This document shows positions 26,641 through 37,484 of a DNA stretch of 64,000 nucleotides, in pieces. The notes under the pieces were generated by a model. That model saw nothing but the letters and a program-made list of their open reading frames with translations. It had not been told where the DNA came from and did not search any database. The translations under genes and the position numbers were made by a program. The stretch comes from Clostridiales bacterium. GTDB lineage: Bacteria; Bacillota; Clostridia; TANB77; CAG-508. The number at the start of each line of letters is the position of its first letter. The first letter of the stretch is position 1. The DNA lies in contig DPDV01000013.1 in the NCBI GenBank assembly GCA_003534295.1, forward strand, positions 10,286 through 74,285, written 5' to 3'.

Positions 26641-27945
26641 ATGTATAGAGAAAGAATGGAAACGTTAAAAGAATGGAAGGTATCTAAAAATAGAAAACCT
26701 TTAATAATTAGAGGTGCAAGACAAGTTGGAAAAACTTGGCTCATGAAAGAATTTGGAAAATTATATTATGAAAAATGTGCTTACATAAATTTTGATAATA
26801 ATTCAAGAATGGATATATTATTTAATGAAGAGTTTGATTTGGATAGAATAATACAAGGATTAAAGATTGAATCAGGAATAAATATTGAGCCTGAAAATAC
26901 TCTAATAATCTTTGATGAAATTCAAGAAACTCCCAAAGCATTAAAAACACTAAAATATTTTTATGAAAATGCAAATGAATACCATATTGTTGCAGCTGGT
27001 TCTCTTTTGGGAGTGGCTATGCATCAAGGAACTTCATTCCCCGTTGGTAAAGTAAATTTTATGGACTTAATGCCTTTAAGCTTTTTTGAGTTTTTAGATG
27101 CATTGGGGCAAGAACATTTATTAAATTTATTAAAAAACAATGAATTTGATATGATTAGTGTATTTAATAATAAATATAAAGATTATTTAAAACTTTATTA
27201 TTATATTGGTGGAATGCCAGAAGTGGTTAATTCGTATATAGAAGAAAAAAATTTAGAAGAAGTTCGTAACATACAAAAAACACTATTAAAAGATTATGAA
27301 CAAGATTTTTCTAAACATGCACCAAACAATGTTGTTCCAAGAATTAGGCAACTATGGAATAATATTCCTACACAACTTGCAAAAGAAAATAAAAAATTCA
27401 TATATGGTTTAGTAAAAGAAGGTGCTAGAGCAAGAGAATATGAAATTGCATTATCATGGCTTATAGATTGTGGACTTGTTTATCAAGTTAACAGGGTAAA
27501 TAACTGCAAAGTTCCATTATCTGCATATCAAGATTTCAATGCATTTAAGTTATATTTATTGGATGTGGGATTATTAGGAGCAATGGCAGATTTAGATTCT
27601 AAAACAATTTTAGAAGGCAATGATATTTTTGAAGAATTTAAAGGAAGCTTAACAGAGCAATATGTTTTATGTCAACTAAAAGAATGTACAGAATTAAATG
27701 TGTTTTATTGGTCATCCGAAAAAGGAATTGCAGAAATTGATTTTATAGTGCAAATTGGTAAAAACAATGTACCAATAGAAGTGAAATCAAATGAAAATTT
27801 ACAAGCCAAAAGCTTAAAATCATTTGTAGAAAAATATAATACAAAAATTAATATTAGAACTTCAATGGCTAATTTTAGAGTAGAAGAATGGCTAACTAAT
27901 ATACCATTATATAGTATAGGAAATATAGAAAGAATAATTAAATAA
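26641..27945 (+). CDS. AAA-type ATPase with C-terminal DUF4143 / PD-(D/E)xK-like nuclease motif
   Basis: Walker A GARQVGKT, Walker B LIIFDEIQ. The C-terminal EIDFIVQIGKNNVPIEVK fits D-x(n)-ExK. Confidence 0.7.
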   Translation: MYRERMETLKEWKVSKNRKPLIIRGARQVGKTWLMKEFGKLYYEKCAYINFDNNSRMDILFNEEFDLDRIIQGLKIESGINIEPENTLIIFDEIQETPKALKTLKYFYENANEYHIVAAGSLLGVAMHQGTSFPVGKVNFMDLMPLSFFEFLDALGQEHLLNLLKNNEFDMISVFNNKYKDYLKLYYYIGGMPEVVNSYIEEKNLEEVRNIQKTLLKDYEQDFSKHAPNNVVPRIRQLWNNIPTQLAKENKKFIYGLVKEGARAREYEIALSWLIDCGLVYQVNRVNNCKVPLSAYQDFNAFKLYLLDVGLLGAMADLDSKTILEGNDIFEEFKGSLTEQYVLCQLKECTELNVFYWSSEKGIAEIDFIVQIGKNNVPIEVKSNENLQAKSLKSFVEKYNTKINIRTSMANFRVEEWLTNIPLYSIGNIERIIK

Positions 27946-27956
27946 CTATCCCCAAA

Positions 27957-28532
27957 TTGAAGGCTTTTACCCCCGTATGTACTACAGAGATAATTGCTTT
28001 TTCAAAAGCAAATCCATATTTTGAACAATTAAATGCGTGCTTGCTAGGATTAAGCGTAGATAGTAATGCATCACATTTAGCTTGGGTATATGACATTTAT
28101 TGCAAAACTGGAATTAGAGTTCCTTTTCCAATTATAGCAGATAGAAGTGGAGAAATTGCTAGAAAATATGGAATGATATCAAATGAAGTTAGTAAAACGG
28201 AAACTGTAAGAAATGTATTTATTATTGATGATAAAGGAGTAGTAAGACTTATTTTAATATATCCAATGAATGTTGGAAGATGTATCCCAGAAATCTTAAG
28301 AGCGTTAACGGCATTACAAGTGGCAGATAGTAATAAGCTTTCAACGCCGGCTAACTGGGTACCTTGTCAGCCAGGAATAATATCTCCACCACAAACATTT
28401 GAAGCATTGGAAAAGAGAAAAAGAGAAATTGAGAAAAATCAAAATGGAATGACTTGGTATCTTAGTTTTCAAAATGTAAAAGATTGTGAAAAAATAGGTC
28501 AAACAAGTTGTGAGGGAAATAAATTAGAATAG
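27957..28532 (+). pseudogene. Peroxiredoxin (1-Cys/Prx6-like), 5'-truncated
   Basis: It begins at the peroxidatic motif FTPVCTTE. The roughly 40 N-terminal residues normally preceding that motif are absent, a stop lies 5 codons upstream in frame, and there is no RBS. Confidence 0.7.
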
Positions 28533-28715
28533 GTATTTTTTTCTTTTTTTAGGGGCAATTGTGCTCCTTTTTTTAATTGAATTATTATTTTCTAAAAAAT
28601 ATATACAAAGAATATAGTGAATGATATAATGTAACAAATAGTAACTAATATAATTACCCAAATTAAAAGAGTACTAAACTAATAAGAAAAGTTATGTTAA
28701 AATGTGTAATGAAAA

Positions 28716-28889
28716 ATGATGGGATTGGCAAATACAACAGATGTGATAATGTCAATTGCAATTTTAATTGCAACAATAATTGCTATTGCTAATATTGCTA
28801 TAAAAATATATTCAAATGCAATATTAAATTATGGTACAAAGATGGGCATCAAAGATATTATAAAAATGTATAAGGACAAACAAAATTAA
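28716..28889 (+). pseudogene. Possible 3' remnant of an ABC-2/NatB-type permease gene
   Basis: A 57-codon ORF with one TM helix and a tail IYSNAILNYGTKMGIKDIIKMYK that resembles the C-terminus of NatB-like permeases. No upstream partner gene is present. Confidence 0.3.
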
Positions 28890-28954
28890 TACTATTATTA
28901 TATAATTACATAGAAGCATTTATAGAAAACAAAAGAATAATAAGAGGTGAAAAA

Positions 28955-29593
28955 TTGAAAGATAATTGGAAAGAATATATCAAGAAAAATTTAAAATGGG
29001 TTGTATTATTTATCTGTTTAGTTGGATTTTTAGCATTAACAGAAGATGTTTTTAATAAAGAAATAATGCAAGGGGATATTATAGGATATAAAATTATATC
29101 AACATTTTTAATATCTGATTTCGTAACTCCAATTGCAAAATTCATAACTAATTTTGGAGGAGCAATTTTTTTATCAATAGCAACAATTGCATTACTTTTA
29201 TTAATAAAAAATAAAAAAATAGGATTGTCTATTTTTTCTAATATAGTTATTATTACAATATTAAATCAATTGCTAAAAAGAATATTGCGAAGACCAAGAC
29301 CAACTGAATTTAGAATAGTTGAAGAAACAGGATATAGTTTTCCATCAGGACACTCAATGGTAAGTATGGCTTTTTATGGATATTTAATATATTTAATTTA
29401 TAGATATATAAAAAATAAATATATAAAATGGTCATTGATTGTATTATTAAGCATATTAATCTGTTTAATAGGCATAAGTAGAATTTATCTTGGAGTACAT
29501 TACACAAGTGATGTTTTAGGTGGATTCCTATTATCAATATCATATTTAGTTGTATATATAAGTTTAATAAAAAAAATATTATCAGAAGAATAA
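28955..29593 (+). CDS. PAP2-family phosphatase (BcrC/undecaprenyl-diphosphatase-like)
   Basis: The three PAP2 motifs are present: KRILRRPRP, PSGHS, SRIYLGVHYTSDV. Confidence 0.75.
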   Translation: MKDNWKEYIKKNLKWVVLFICLVGFLALTEDVFNKEIMQGDIIGYKIISTFLISDFVTPIAKFITNFGGAIFLSIATIALLLLIKNKKIGLSIFSNIVIITILNQLLKRILRRPRPTEFRIVEETGYSFPSGHSMVSMAFYGYLIYLIYRYIKNKYIKWSLIVLLSILICLIGISRIYLGVHYTSDVLGGFLLSISYLVVYISLIKKILSEE

Positions 29594-29674
29594 TAGGACA
29601 CTAAAAAAACTATTGACCAGTAGAGACTATCATAATATACAATAATGGGAAAATATAAAAAGAGGTAATTTATA

Positions 29675-29809
29675 ATGATAAAACAAACGGCAAGTAGAGA
29701 TAATTTAGGAAAACTTGCACCCAAATTTGCAAAATTAAATGATGATGTATTATTTGGTGAAGTATAGCCAAGAGAAGACAAACTATCATTGAGAGATAAA
29801 AAACAGTAA
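29675..29809 (+). pseudogene. Carboxymuconolactone-decarboxylase-family gene remnant
   Basis: MIKQTASRDNLGKLAPKFAKLNDDVLFGEV*PREDKLSLRD. The TAG at 29765-29767 replaces the Trp of the conserved GEVW motif, and the frame ends after about 44 codons. Confidence 0.5.
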
Positions 29810-29865
29810 TAATTAAAAGAGCAAAAAATATAAAAAACTAAAATAAATGGATTAAAGGAAAGCGT

Positions 29866-30486
29866 ATGAAAACAAAGATTATAAAATTAAATAATAAAGT
29901 GGATACAAAAAAATTTGAGAGAAAGATTTGGATTTATAAAAGCATAATATATAAAAGAACAAAATTTATATTAGAAAACAATGTAAAAAATATAAACTAT
30001 AGTAGTGTAATAGAAGCACTAAATATAAAAAACAGAATTAAAAGGATTAACTATATATATGACAAAGCGTGCTCGGAGATTGACGAATATAACAAAATCA
30101 AGCATATAGACTGTGAATTTAAAAATGGTAAGTGCATGAATCAACACAATACAAAAAGAATTAATGGTTGCTGTAGATTGTGCAGGCTTCAAAGTTCACA
30201 TGGGTGTACATCTCAAAATATAACTTGTAAATTATTTTTTTGCGATCAATTGGAGAAAAAATATAAAACAATTAAGTTTAATGACATAAAAATACTAAAA
30301 TGTCTATCACTAACTAATAGAATAATTGTAAAAGACAACTACTTCGAAACAAAAGAAAATTTTTTAAGAACGCTGTATTTAAATAGTATAATTGTTTTTT
30401 CAATAAAGGTTGTTATTAATATTATAAAAAACGGAGTATATCTACATAAAATACGTAAAAATATAACAAAAGAAAATGGAGGTTAA
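29866..30486 (+). CDS. Cys-rich hypothetical protein
   Basis: Cysteine cluster [44 protein letters not shown]. Its stop is 1 nt before the pgi ATG. Confidence 0.45.
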   Translation: MKTKIIKLNNKVDTKKFERKIWIYKSIIYKRTKFILENNVKNINYSSVIEALNIKNRIKRINYIYDKACSEIDEYNKIKHIDCEFKNGKCMNQHNTKRINGCCRLCRLQSSHGCTSQNITCKLFFCDQLEKKYKTIKFNDIKILKCLSLTNRIIVKDNYFETKENFLRTLYLNSIIVFSIKVVINIIKNGVYLHKIRKNITKENGG

Positions 30487-30487
30487 T

Positions 30488-31798
30488 ATGAAAAATATAA
30501 AAATTGATTTAAAAAATACAAATGTAACTGACAAGGAAATTGTAAAATATGCAGAAGAAGTAAAAAGAATACATGAAGATCTACATAAAAGAGCCGGAAA
30601 TAAAAAGGATTTTGTTGGATGGTTAGAACTTCCAAATAATTATGATAAAAAAGAATTTGATAAAATAAAAAAAGCAGCGGAAAAAATAAAAAAAGATTCA
30701 GAGATATTGATTGTAATAGGAATAGGTGGCTCTTATTTGGGGGCAAGAGCGGTTATAGAGGCGTTAAACAACACTTTTTATAATTTACAATCAGATAGAA
30801 AAACACCATTAATATTATATGTTGGAAACAATTTAAGTACAAATTATATAAATGATTTAATAGAGATTATAGGAAATAAAGATTTTTCTATAAATGTAAT
30901 ATCAAAATCTGGAACAACAACAGAACCTGCTATCGCATTTAGAATTTTTAGGGAAATGATAGAAAATAAATATGGAATAAAGGAAGCAAGAAAAAGAATA
31001 TATGTTACTACAGATAGCAAAAAAGGTGCTCTTAAAACATTAGCAAAAGAAGAAAAATATACTACATTTGTAATACCAGATAATATAGGTGGAAGATATT
31101 CAGTTCTTACAGCGGTAGGGCTACTGCCAATAGCTACAGCGGGAATAGACATAGATAAGCTTATTAAAGGAGCTCAAAATGCGCAGGAGCAGTATTCAGA
31201 CAAAAATGTTAAATATAATGAGTGTTACAAATATGCTGTAGTTAGAAATATATTATATAAAAATAAAAAAGACATAGAAATACTTGTTACATATGAACCA
31301 AAGTTACACTATTTAATAGAATGGTGGAAGCAATTATTTGGGGAAAGCGAAGGAAAAGACAAAAAAGGAATATACCCTTCAGGAGTAGAGTTTACTACTG
31401 ATTTACATTCATTAGGACAATATATACAAGATGGAAGAAGAAACTTATTTGAAACAGTAATAAACATAGAAAAAATTAACTCAGAAATAAAGATAAATAT
31501 GGATGAAGATAATTTAGATGGATTGAATTATCTGTCTGGAAAAACATTGGATTTCGTCAATAAAAAGGCTATGGAGGGTACTATAGCAGCACATGTGGAG
31601 GGAGATGTACCAAATATATTAATAAATATGGAAGAACTAAATGAAGAAACCATGGGTTACTTAATATATTTCTTTGAATTAGCATGTGCTATGTCAGGAA
31701 ATTTATTAGGTGTAGATCCATTCAATCAACCAGGAGTAGAAAAATATAAAACTAATATGTTTAAATTACTAAAAAAACCGGGATATGAAGAAAATTAG
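30488..31798 (+). CDS. pgi: Glucose-6-phosphate isomerase
   Basis: Firmicute-type PGI, about 440 aa: [50 protein letters not shown]. Confidence 0.9.
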   Translation: MKNIKIDLKNTNVTDKEIVKYAEEVKRIHEDLHKRAGNKKDFVGWLELPNNYDKKEFDKIKKAAEKIKKDSEILIVIGIGGSYLGARAVIEALNNTFYNLQSDRKTPLILYVGNNLSTNYINDLIEIIGNKDFSINVISKSGTTTEPAIAFRIFREMIENKYGIKEARKRIYVTTDSKKGALKTLAKEEKYTTFVIPDNIGGRYSVLTAVGLLPIATAGIDIDKLIKGAQNAQEQYSDKNVKYNECYKYAVVRNILYKNKKDIEILVTYEPKLHYLIEWWKQLFGESEGKDKKGIYPSGVEFTTDLHSLGQYIQDGRRNLFETVINIEKINSEIKINMDEDNLDGLNYLSGKTLDFVNKKAMEGTIAAHVEGDVPNILINMEELNEETMGYLIYFFELACAMSGNLLGVDPFNQPGVEKYKTNMFKLLKKPGYEEN

Positions 31799-31879
31799 GA
31801 AAACACTTGCATTTGTTAAAAATATAAAGTATAATAATTATATATTTAATATTAAAAACATAAATGAGACAAAGTAAAA

Positions 31880-32075
31880 TAAAGGTTATTTAAAGAGAGG
31901 ATTAGTTGAAAGCTGAAAGCTAATCTAAAAAAACATATTTGAAAAACTACCTCATTGTTCCTAGCAAAAACTAGGCGTGTGCTTGCGTTAAAAGTTAATT
32001 AAGTAAAAAACAAGGATGGAACCGTGTTAATAAAAGCACTCCTGGGCGTAGTTAAATGCCTAGGAGTTTTTTGAT
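31880..32075 (+). promoter_or_regulatory. T-box leader (threonine specifier) with terminator
   Basis: AGAGAGG stem-I element. Thr codons ACU/ACC at 31946-31951 in the specifier region. T-box sequence AAGGATGGAACCGTG at 32011-32026. Terminator GCACTCCTGGGCG...GCCTAGGAGTTTTTT. Confidence 0.8.
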
Positions 32076-32113
32076 ATGCTAATTTATAGGCATAAAAAAG
32101 GAGGAAAAATAAA

Positions 32114-34018
32114 ATGATAAAAATTGAATTGAAAGATGGAGCTATTATTGAAGTAGAAAAAGGTAGTTCAATAATAGATGTGGCAAAAAAAATTAGTGAA
32201 GGCTTAGCAAGAGTAACATTAGCAGGATTAGTAAATGGAGAAGTACAGGATTTAAGACATAAATTGACTGAAGATTGCAAACTTGAAATATTAACATTTG
32301 ATAGTCTAGAGGGAAAAAAAGCATATTGGCATACAACATCCCACATAATGGCACAAGCAATAAAAAGACTATATCCAGAAATAAAACTTGCAATAGGACC
32401 ATCAATAGATAATGGATTTTATTATGACTTCGATACAGAAAAACCATTTTCAGAAGAAGATTTAATCAAAATTGAAGATGAAATGAAAAAAATAATAAAA
32501 GAAGATTTACCACTAGAAAGATTTGAACTCCCAAGAAAAGAAGCAATAAAATTTATGGAGGAAAAAGGAGAGCCATATAAGGTAGAACTAATCAACGATT
32601 TGCCAGAAGATGCAATAATATCATTCTACAAACAAGGCGAATTTACAGATCTTTGTGCAGGTCCTCATGTTGCGAAAACAGGTAATATTAAAGCTGTAAA
32701 ACTGTTAACATCTTCAGGAGCTTATTGGAGAGGAAACGAAAAAAATAAAATGCTACAAAGGATTTATGGTATTTCATATCCAAAAGCTAGCCAATTAGAA
32801 GAATACTTGAATATGTTAGAAGAAGCAAAAAAGAGAGATCATAAAAAATTGGGTAAAGAGTTAGAATTATTTATGATTACAGGAGAAGGACCAGGATTTC
32901 CATTCTTTTTACCAAAAGGAATGGTGCTTAGAAATGTATTAGAAGATTATTGGAGAAAAATTCATACTTTAAATGGATATCAAGAAGTTAAAACACCGGT
33001 AATGTTAAATGAAGAATTATGGCATCGTTCAGGACACTGGGATCATTATAAGGACAATATGTATACAACAAAAATAGATGAACAAGACTTTGCTTTAAAA
33101 CCAATGAACTGCCCAGGAGGTATGTTAGTATATAAAAGCAAAATGCATTCATACAAGGACTTACCTATAAGGATGGGAGAATTGGGACTTGTACATAGAC
33201 ATGAAAAATCTGGCCAATTAAACGGGCTATTTAGGGTAAGATGTTTTACTCAAGACGATGCTCATATATTCTGTTTACCAGAACAAATTGAATCAGAAAT
33301 AATTGACTTAATGCACTTAATAAACCAAGTATATAGCTTGTTTGGATTTACATATACAGTAGAGCTATCTACAAGACCAGAAGACTCTATGGGAAGCGAT
33401 GAAGATTGGACAACAGCAGAAAATGCTTTGAGAAAGGCATTAGAGCATGAGAACATGGAATATGTTATAAATGAAGGCGATGGAGCATTTTACGGACCAA
33501 AAATTGATTTTCATATAAAAGATAGCTTGGGCAGAGATTGGCAATGTGGAACTATACAGCTAGATTTTCAGATGCCGGAAAGATTTGACTTGAATTATAT
33601 AGGACAAGATGGAGAGAAGCATAGACCTGTTATGTTACATAGAGTTGTATTTGGTAGTATAGAAAGATTTATAGGAGTCTTAATAGAACATTATGCAGGT
33701 GCATTCCCAACATGGCTTGCACCAGTACAAGTAAAAATACTTACTATTTCTGATAAACAAAAAGAATATGCAGATGAATTGGTAAAACAATTTATGAAGG
33801 AGGGAATAAGAGCTGAATTAGATGACAGAGAAGAAAAGATAGGATACAAAATAAGAGAAGCACAACTTCAAAAAATTCCATATATGCTAATAATTGGAGA
33901 AAAAGAGGTAGAAGCAAATGCAGTAGGAGTACGTGCAAGAAAAGAAGGCGATATAGGACAAATGCCTGTAAAAGAATTTATTTCTAAGATTAAAGAGGAA
34001 ATAGAAGAAAAGAAATAA
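32114..34018 (+). CDS. thrS: Threonine--tRNA ligase
   Basis: TGS N-domain, HTTSHIMAQA editing-domain motif, class II core (FRVRCFTQDDAHIF). Confidence 0.95.
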   Translation: MIKIELKDGAIIEVEKGSSIIDVAKKISEGLARVTLAGLVNGEVQDLRHKLTEDCKLEILTFDSLEGKKAYWHTTSHIMAQAIKRLYPEIKLAIGPSIDNGFYYDFDTEKPFSEEDLIKIEDEMKKIIKEDLPLERFELPRKEAIKFMEEKGEPYKVELINDLPEDAIISFYKQGEFTDLCAGPHVAKTGNIKAVKLLTSSGAYWRGNEKNKMLQRIYGISYPKASQLEEYLNMLEEAKKRDHKKLGKELELFMITGEGPGFPFFLPKGMVLRNVLEDYWRKIHTLNGYQEVKTPVMLNEELWHRSGHWDHYKDNMYTTKIDEQDFALKPMNCPGGMLVYKSKMHSYKDLPIRMGELGLVHRHEKSGQLNGLFRVRCFTQDDAHIFCLPEQIESEIIDLMHLINQVYSLFGFTYTVELSTRPEDSMGSDEDWTTAENALRKALEHENMEYVINEGDGAFYGPKIDFHIKDSLGRDWQCGTIQLDFQMPERFDLNYIGQDGEKHRPVMLHRVVFGSIERFIGVLIEHYAGAFPTWLAPVQVKILTISDKQKEYADELVKQFMKEGIRAELDDREEKIGYKIREAQLQKIPYMLIIGEKEVEANAVGVRARKEGDIGQMPVKEFISKIKEEIEEKK

Positions 34019-34084
34019 GTTAAATGCAATTCTATAAAATAAATATGATTATTAAATTTAATGTAAGATTAAGTGGAGGTAAAA

Positions 34085-36331
34085 ATGCCAGAGATTACTA
34101 ATGACGAAAAGGAAATAATAGAACAGAAACTAGAATATATTGGTTTAGATTTAGAAAATGTACCAGAGTTTTTAAAAAGTTTTAAACCACTTAATTATAG
34201 ACCGCTAGAGTCATATGATGATACATATAAAATTTATAAATATATAAACATTTGTGATATTCAAATTTTAATAACTCCAACAGACAGGCTAACATCACTA
34301 CAAGAAAAATATAAATTAGCAAGCCCAATTTTAGAGTACTTAGATTCTGAAAATGAGGAAGACATAGAAAAGTTTGCTAAATTTTTAGAAATGGTAAAAA
34401 ATTTGAAAATAGATGATATAGAAGAGATAGAAACAGAGCAAGAATTATTAAAAGATAAAATACCATTTGAAGTTAAATATAAAAATAATTTTATATGGCA
34501 GATATATTATTCGGATTATTGCAATAAATACTTTATGCTAGTGCCAACGAGGGAAGCTAACAATCCAGAACTATTTTATATATTAAAACAACAAATTCAA
34601 TGTAATAAAGAAAAAGGTCAAAGAAAAATTTTTGTCCCAATTAGTAATATGGAGTACTCTGAAAGATATCTAAAAAAAACAGAGATAAACGATATAGAAA
34701 ATTATTTGTGGTATTTTACTAAACAATGGCCAAATATATATGAAGTATATGATAACGATGAAAATTTAGAAGTACAAATTTTAGGGCAAGTAGATGTCTA
34801 TGAAAAAGTTTTAAGCACATATAAAATTAAAATAAAAAATAAAGAAGAAGCAACTGAATTTTTAAAATTATTAAAAGCATTATTTATCTTATCAACTGGA
34901 GCAGAAGAACAATATAAAATTGATTTAAAAATAAATGAACAAGCAGGTCTCTATTTTTTATATAACAATGAGAAAATAGAATATTCATATTTACCTATTT
35001 TTATAAATACAGAAGTAAATAAAAAGATAAAAGAAATAGAAAAAGTTAAAAATGAAATAACAACAAAAAAAGAAAGGCTACAAAGACTTAAAAAGGTAAA
35101 TGATGGTGCAACGGCTGAGTATTTAGAAAGACAAAAGCAAATATCTACCTTCCTAGAATGTAAAAAAACTTTTCTTGGAAAAATTAAATACTATTTTAAG
35201 AATAAGAGTATAAAAAAACAAATAATAAATGATGTGAAAACAAAAGTGGAAAGGGAAAATATAGAGCCGGAAACAATATATGAAAAAAAAGAACAGTATA
35301 CTTTGGAGGATCTAATTGGACTTTGTACAAGATTAAATAGTAAAAATGAAATAAACAAAAACATGAAGTTAGATATAAATGCTATGGAACTAAAAATTAC
35401 TAACTTAACAAAAAAAATAGAAAATGCAGAATTATATATAAATGAGATAGAAAAGCATAAAAAGAGTATTTTTGAATTTTGGAAATTTACTAATAAAGAC
35501 GAAATATCAACTTTGACACAAGGAGAACAAGAAGAGTTACCAAAAACAAAAATTGAAAAATGTTTTGATTATATTGAAGACATGGAAGAATTAGGAAAAA
35601 AAGCAGATGAACTCCAAAGGAGGAAACTATCTAAAAATGAAACAGATGCTATATTTGCTGTAAAACAAGCTATAAATTCTGTTAAGGCATTTGAGAACGA
35701 GTATGAAGATATAAAAGAGTTTAAAAAACTAAAACAAGAATATGAAGACAACATGGAATACATAAATATGAAAGACTTTAATATATTTGGAAGCATGAAT
35801 AAAGACAAAACACAAATCAGTACAATAAATAATCAAAAGCATAGAGAAATACCAAAAGATAAATATAAAGTGTTAAACATAAATGCAAACACAGAAATAG
35901 ATATGTTTAAAGAAAATTTAAAGAATTATACAAAACTAGTAGAAGAGGCATTTAACAAGATAACTTTACAAAACAATATAGCTGTGTATAAACTTTTGCA
36001 AGCAAACATGAACGGTTTGGAGATATTTAATATAAGCCCCATAAAAGAACTTGAAAACATAAAAGAGGACTCAACTACATTGCACAAATTTAATCTTCAA
36101 GAAGGAGTACCAATATTATTTTACTCGAACATTATATTTTATGAAAATTTTAATAAAACACTACCAATTGGGATGGACTTATCTACAGAGGTATTATTAG
36201 ATTTAAATCAACTTGAAATGGAAAAAATTAATGAAAATGAATTTAATTATAATGTTAAAAGAAATGAGTTCGATTATGAAATAAGAAAAATAAAAGTAAT
36301 AGAATATAATGTAAAGAAAAAAAGAATATAG
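34085..36331 (+). CDS. Large hypothetical protein with long K/E-rich coiled-coil region
   Basis: A 748-aa ORF with start ATG 34085 after GGAGG. I recognised no family. Confidence 0.5.
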   Translation: MPEITNDEKEIIEQKLEYIGLDLENVPEFLKSFKPLNYRPLESYDDTYKIYKYINICDIQILITPTDRLTSLQEKYKLASPILEYLDSENEEDIEKFAKFLEMVKNLKIDDIEEIETEQELLKDKIPFEVKYKNNFIWQIYYSDYCNKYFMLVPTREANNPELFYILKQQIQCNKEKGQRKIFVPISNMEYSERYLKKTEINDIENYLWYFTKQWPNIYEVYDNDENLEVQILGQVDVYEKVLSTYKIKIKNKEEATEFLKLLKALFILSTGAEEQYKIDLKINEQAGLYFLYNNEKIEYSYLPIFINTEVNKKIKEIEKVKNEITTKKERLQRLKKVNDGATAEYLERQKQISTFLECKKTFLGKIKYYFKNKSIKKQIINDVKTKVERENIEPETIYEKKEQYTLEDLIGLCTRLNSKNEINKNMKLDINAMELKITNLTKKIENAELYINEIEKHKKSIFEFWKFTNKDEISTLTQGEQEELPKTKIEKCFDYIEDMEELGKKADELQRRKLSKNETDAIFAVKQAINSVKAFENEYEDIKEFKKLKQEYEDNMEYINMKDFNIFGSMNKDKTQISTINNQKHREIPKDKYKVLNINANTEIDMFKENLKNYTKLVEEAFNKITLQNNIAVYKLLQANMNGLEIFNISPIKELENIKEDSTTLHKFNLQEGVPILFYSNIIFYENFNKTLPIGMDLSTEVLLDLNQLEMEKINENEFNYNVKRNEFDYEIRKIKVIEYNVKKKRI

Positions 36332-36430
36332 TGAGCAAATAAAAAATATTTGCTCATTTTTATTGACAAATTAAATTTAAAATAGTATTATTGTATTACG
36401 CAAGTAATACAATACAGAAAGGAGGTAATT

Positions 36431-36802
36431 ATGAATTACATATTTGACAATGAAAGACCAATTTATATTCAGTTAGTTGAGATAATAAGAATAGAAATAG
36501 TTTCTGGTAAATTCAAAAAAGGACAAAGAATGCCTTCTGTAAGAGAGCTAGCACTTATAATGAAGGTTAATCCAAACACAATGCAAAAAGCATTGGCTGA
36601 ACTTGAGAATGAACAGTTAATTTATACAGAAAGAACAAATGGAAAATATGTAACAGAAGATGAAGAATTGATTGAAAAAATAAAAAGAAAATTGGCAAAA
36701 GAAATAATTGATAATTATCTTAATAATATGAAAAAAATCGGCATAGATTATAACTCAGCTGTAAAATACTTGCAAGAAGGAGGAAAAGATGGAATTAGTT
36801 AA
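36431..36802 (+). CDS. GntR-family (YtrA-type) transcriptional regulator
   Basis: Winged-helix motif LPSVRELALIMKVNPNTMQKALAELE, with the short size typical of the YtrA subfamily. Confidence 0.8.
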   Translation: MNYIFDNERPIYIQLVEIIRIEIVSGKFKKGQRMPSVRELALIMKVNPNTMQKALAELENEQLIYTERTNGKYVTEDEELIEKIKRKLAKEIIDNYLNNMKKIGIDYNSAVKYLQEGGKDGIS

Positions 36803-37484
36803 ATGTAATAATTTGTGCAAAAAATTTGATGACAAGCAAGTTTTAAACAATATAAATTTAAGTATTCCAAAAGGAAAAATTATAGGTTTACTTGGGAAAA
36901 ATGGAATGGGGAAAACAACTTTAATAAAATTGATTAATGATTTATTAACTCCTACAAGTGGCGAGGTGCTTATAAATGGTGAAAAACCAGGTGTAAACTC
37001 TAAGAAAATTATTTCATATTTACCAGAGAGAACATATCTTGATAAAAATATGAATGTTTCACAAATAATAACTTTTTTTAATGAATTTTATGATAATTTT
37101 AATGAAGAGAAAGCGATTAAGCTATTAAAAGATTTAGATTTAGATATAAATTTAAAAATAAATAAAATGTCAAAAGGAATGCAAGAGAAATTACAACTAA
37201 TATTAGTTATGAGCAGAGAGGCAGAATTATATATATTAGATGAGCCATTAGGTGGAGTTGATCCAGCGACTAGAGATTATATTTTAGATACAATTCTTTT
37301 AAACTTTAACGAAGGAGCAAGCTTAATTATATCTACTCATATAATTAGTGATGTTGAAAGAATATTAGATGATGTCATTTTTATTGATAAGGGAGAAATT
37401 ATATTAACATCATCAGCAGATGAGCTAAGAAAAAAAGAAAGTGCATCAATAGACGAAATATTTAGGAGGTGCTTTAAATGTTAG
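36789..37484 (+). CDS. ABC transporter ATP-binding protein
   Basis: Walker A GKNGMGKTT, signature MSKGMQEKL, Walker B LYILDEP. Confidence 0.85.
   Translation: MELVKCNNLCKKFDDKQVLNNINLSIPKGKIIGLLGKNGMGKTTLIKLINDLLTPTSGEVLINGEKPGVNSKKIISYLPERTYLDKNMNVSQIITFFNEFYDNFNEEKAIKLLKDLDLDINLKINKMSKGMQEKLQLILVMSREAELYILDEPLGGVDPATRDYILDTILLNFNEGASLIISTHIISDVERILDDVIFIDKGEIILTSSADELRKKESASIDEIFRRCFKC

Noticed and set aside
28694-28792. 32-codon Cys-rich ORF (MLKCVMKNDGIGKYNRCDNVNCNFNCNNNCYC), looking like a small cysteine-rich peptide
   Set aside because: It is the +2 frame of a stretch encoding an Ile/Ala-rich TM helix (ATT GCA ATT ...), which automatically yields TGC/AAT codons. It has no RBS, and the permease-tail frame is more plausible.
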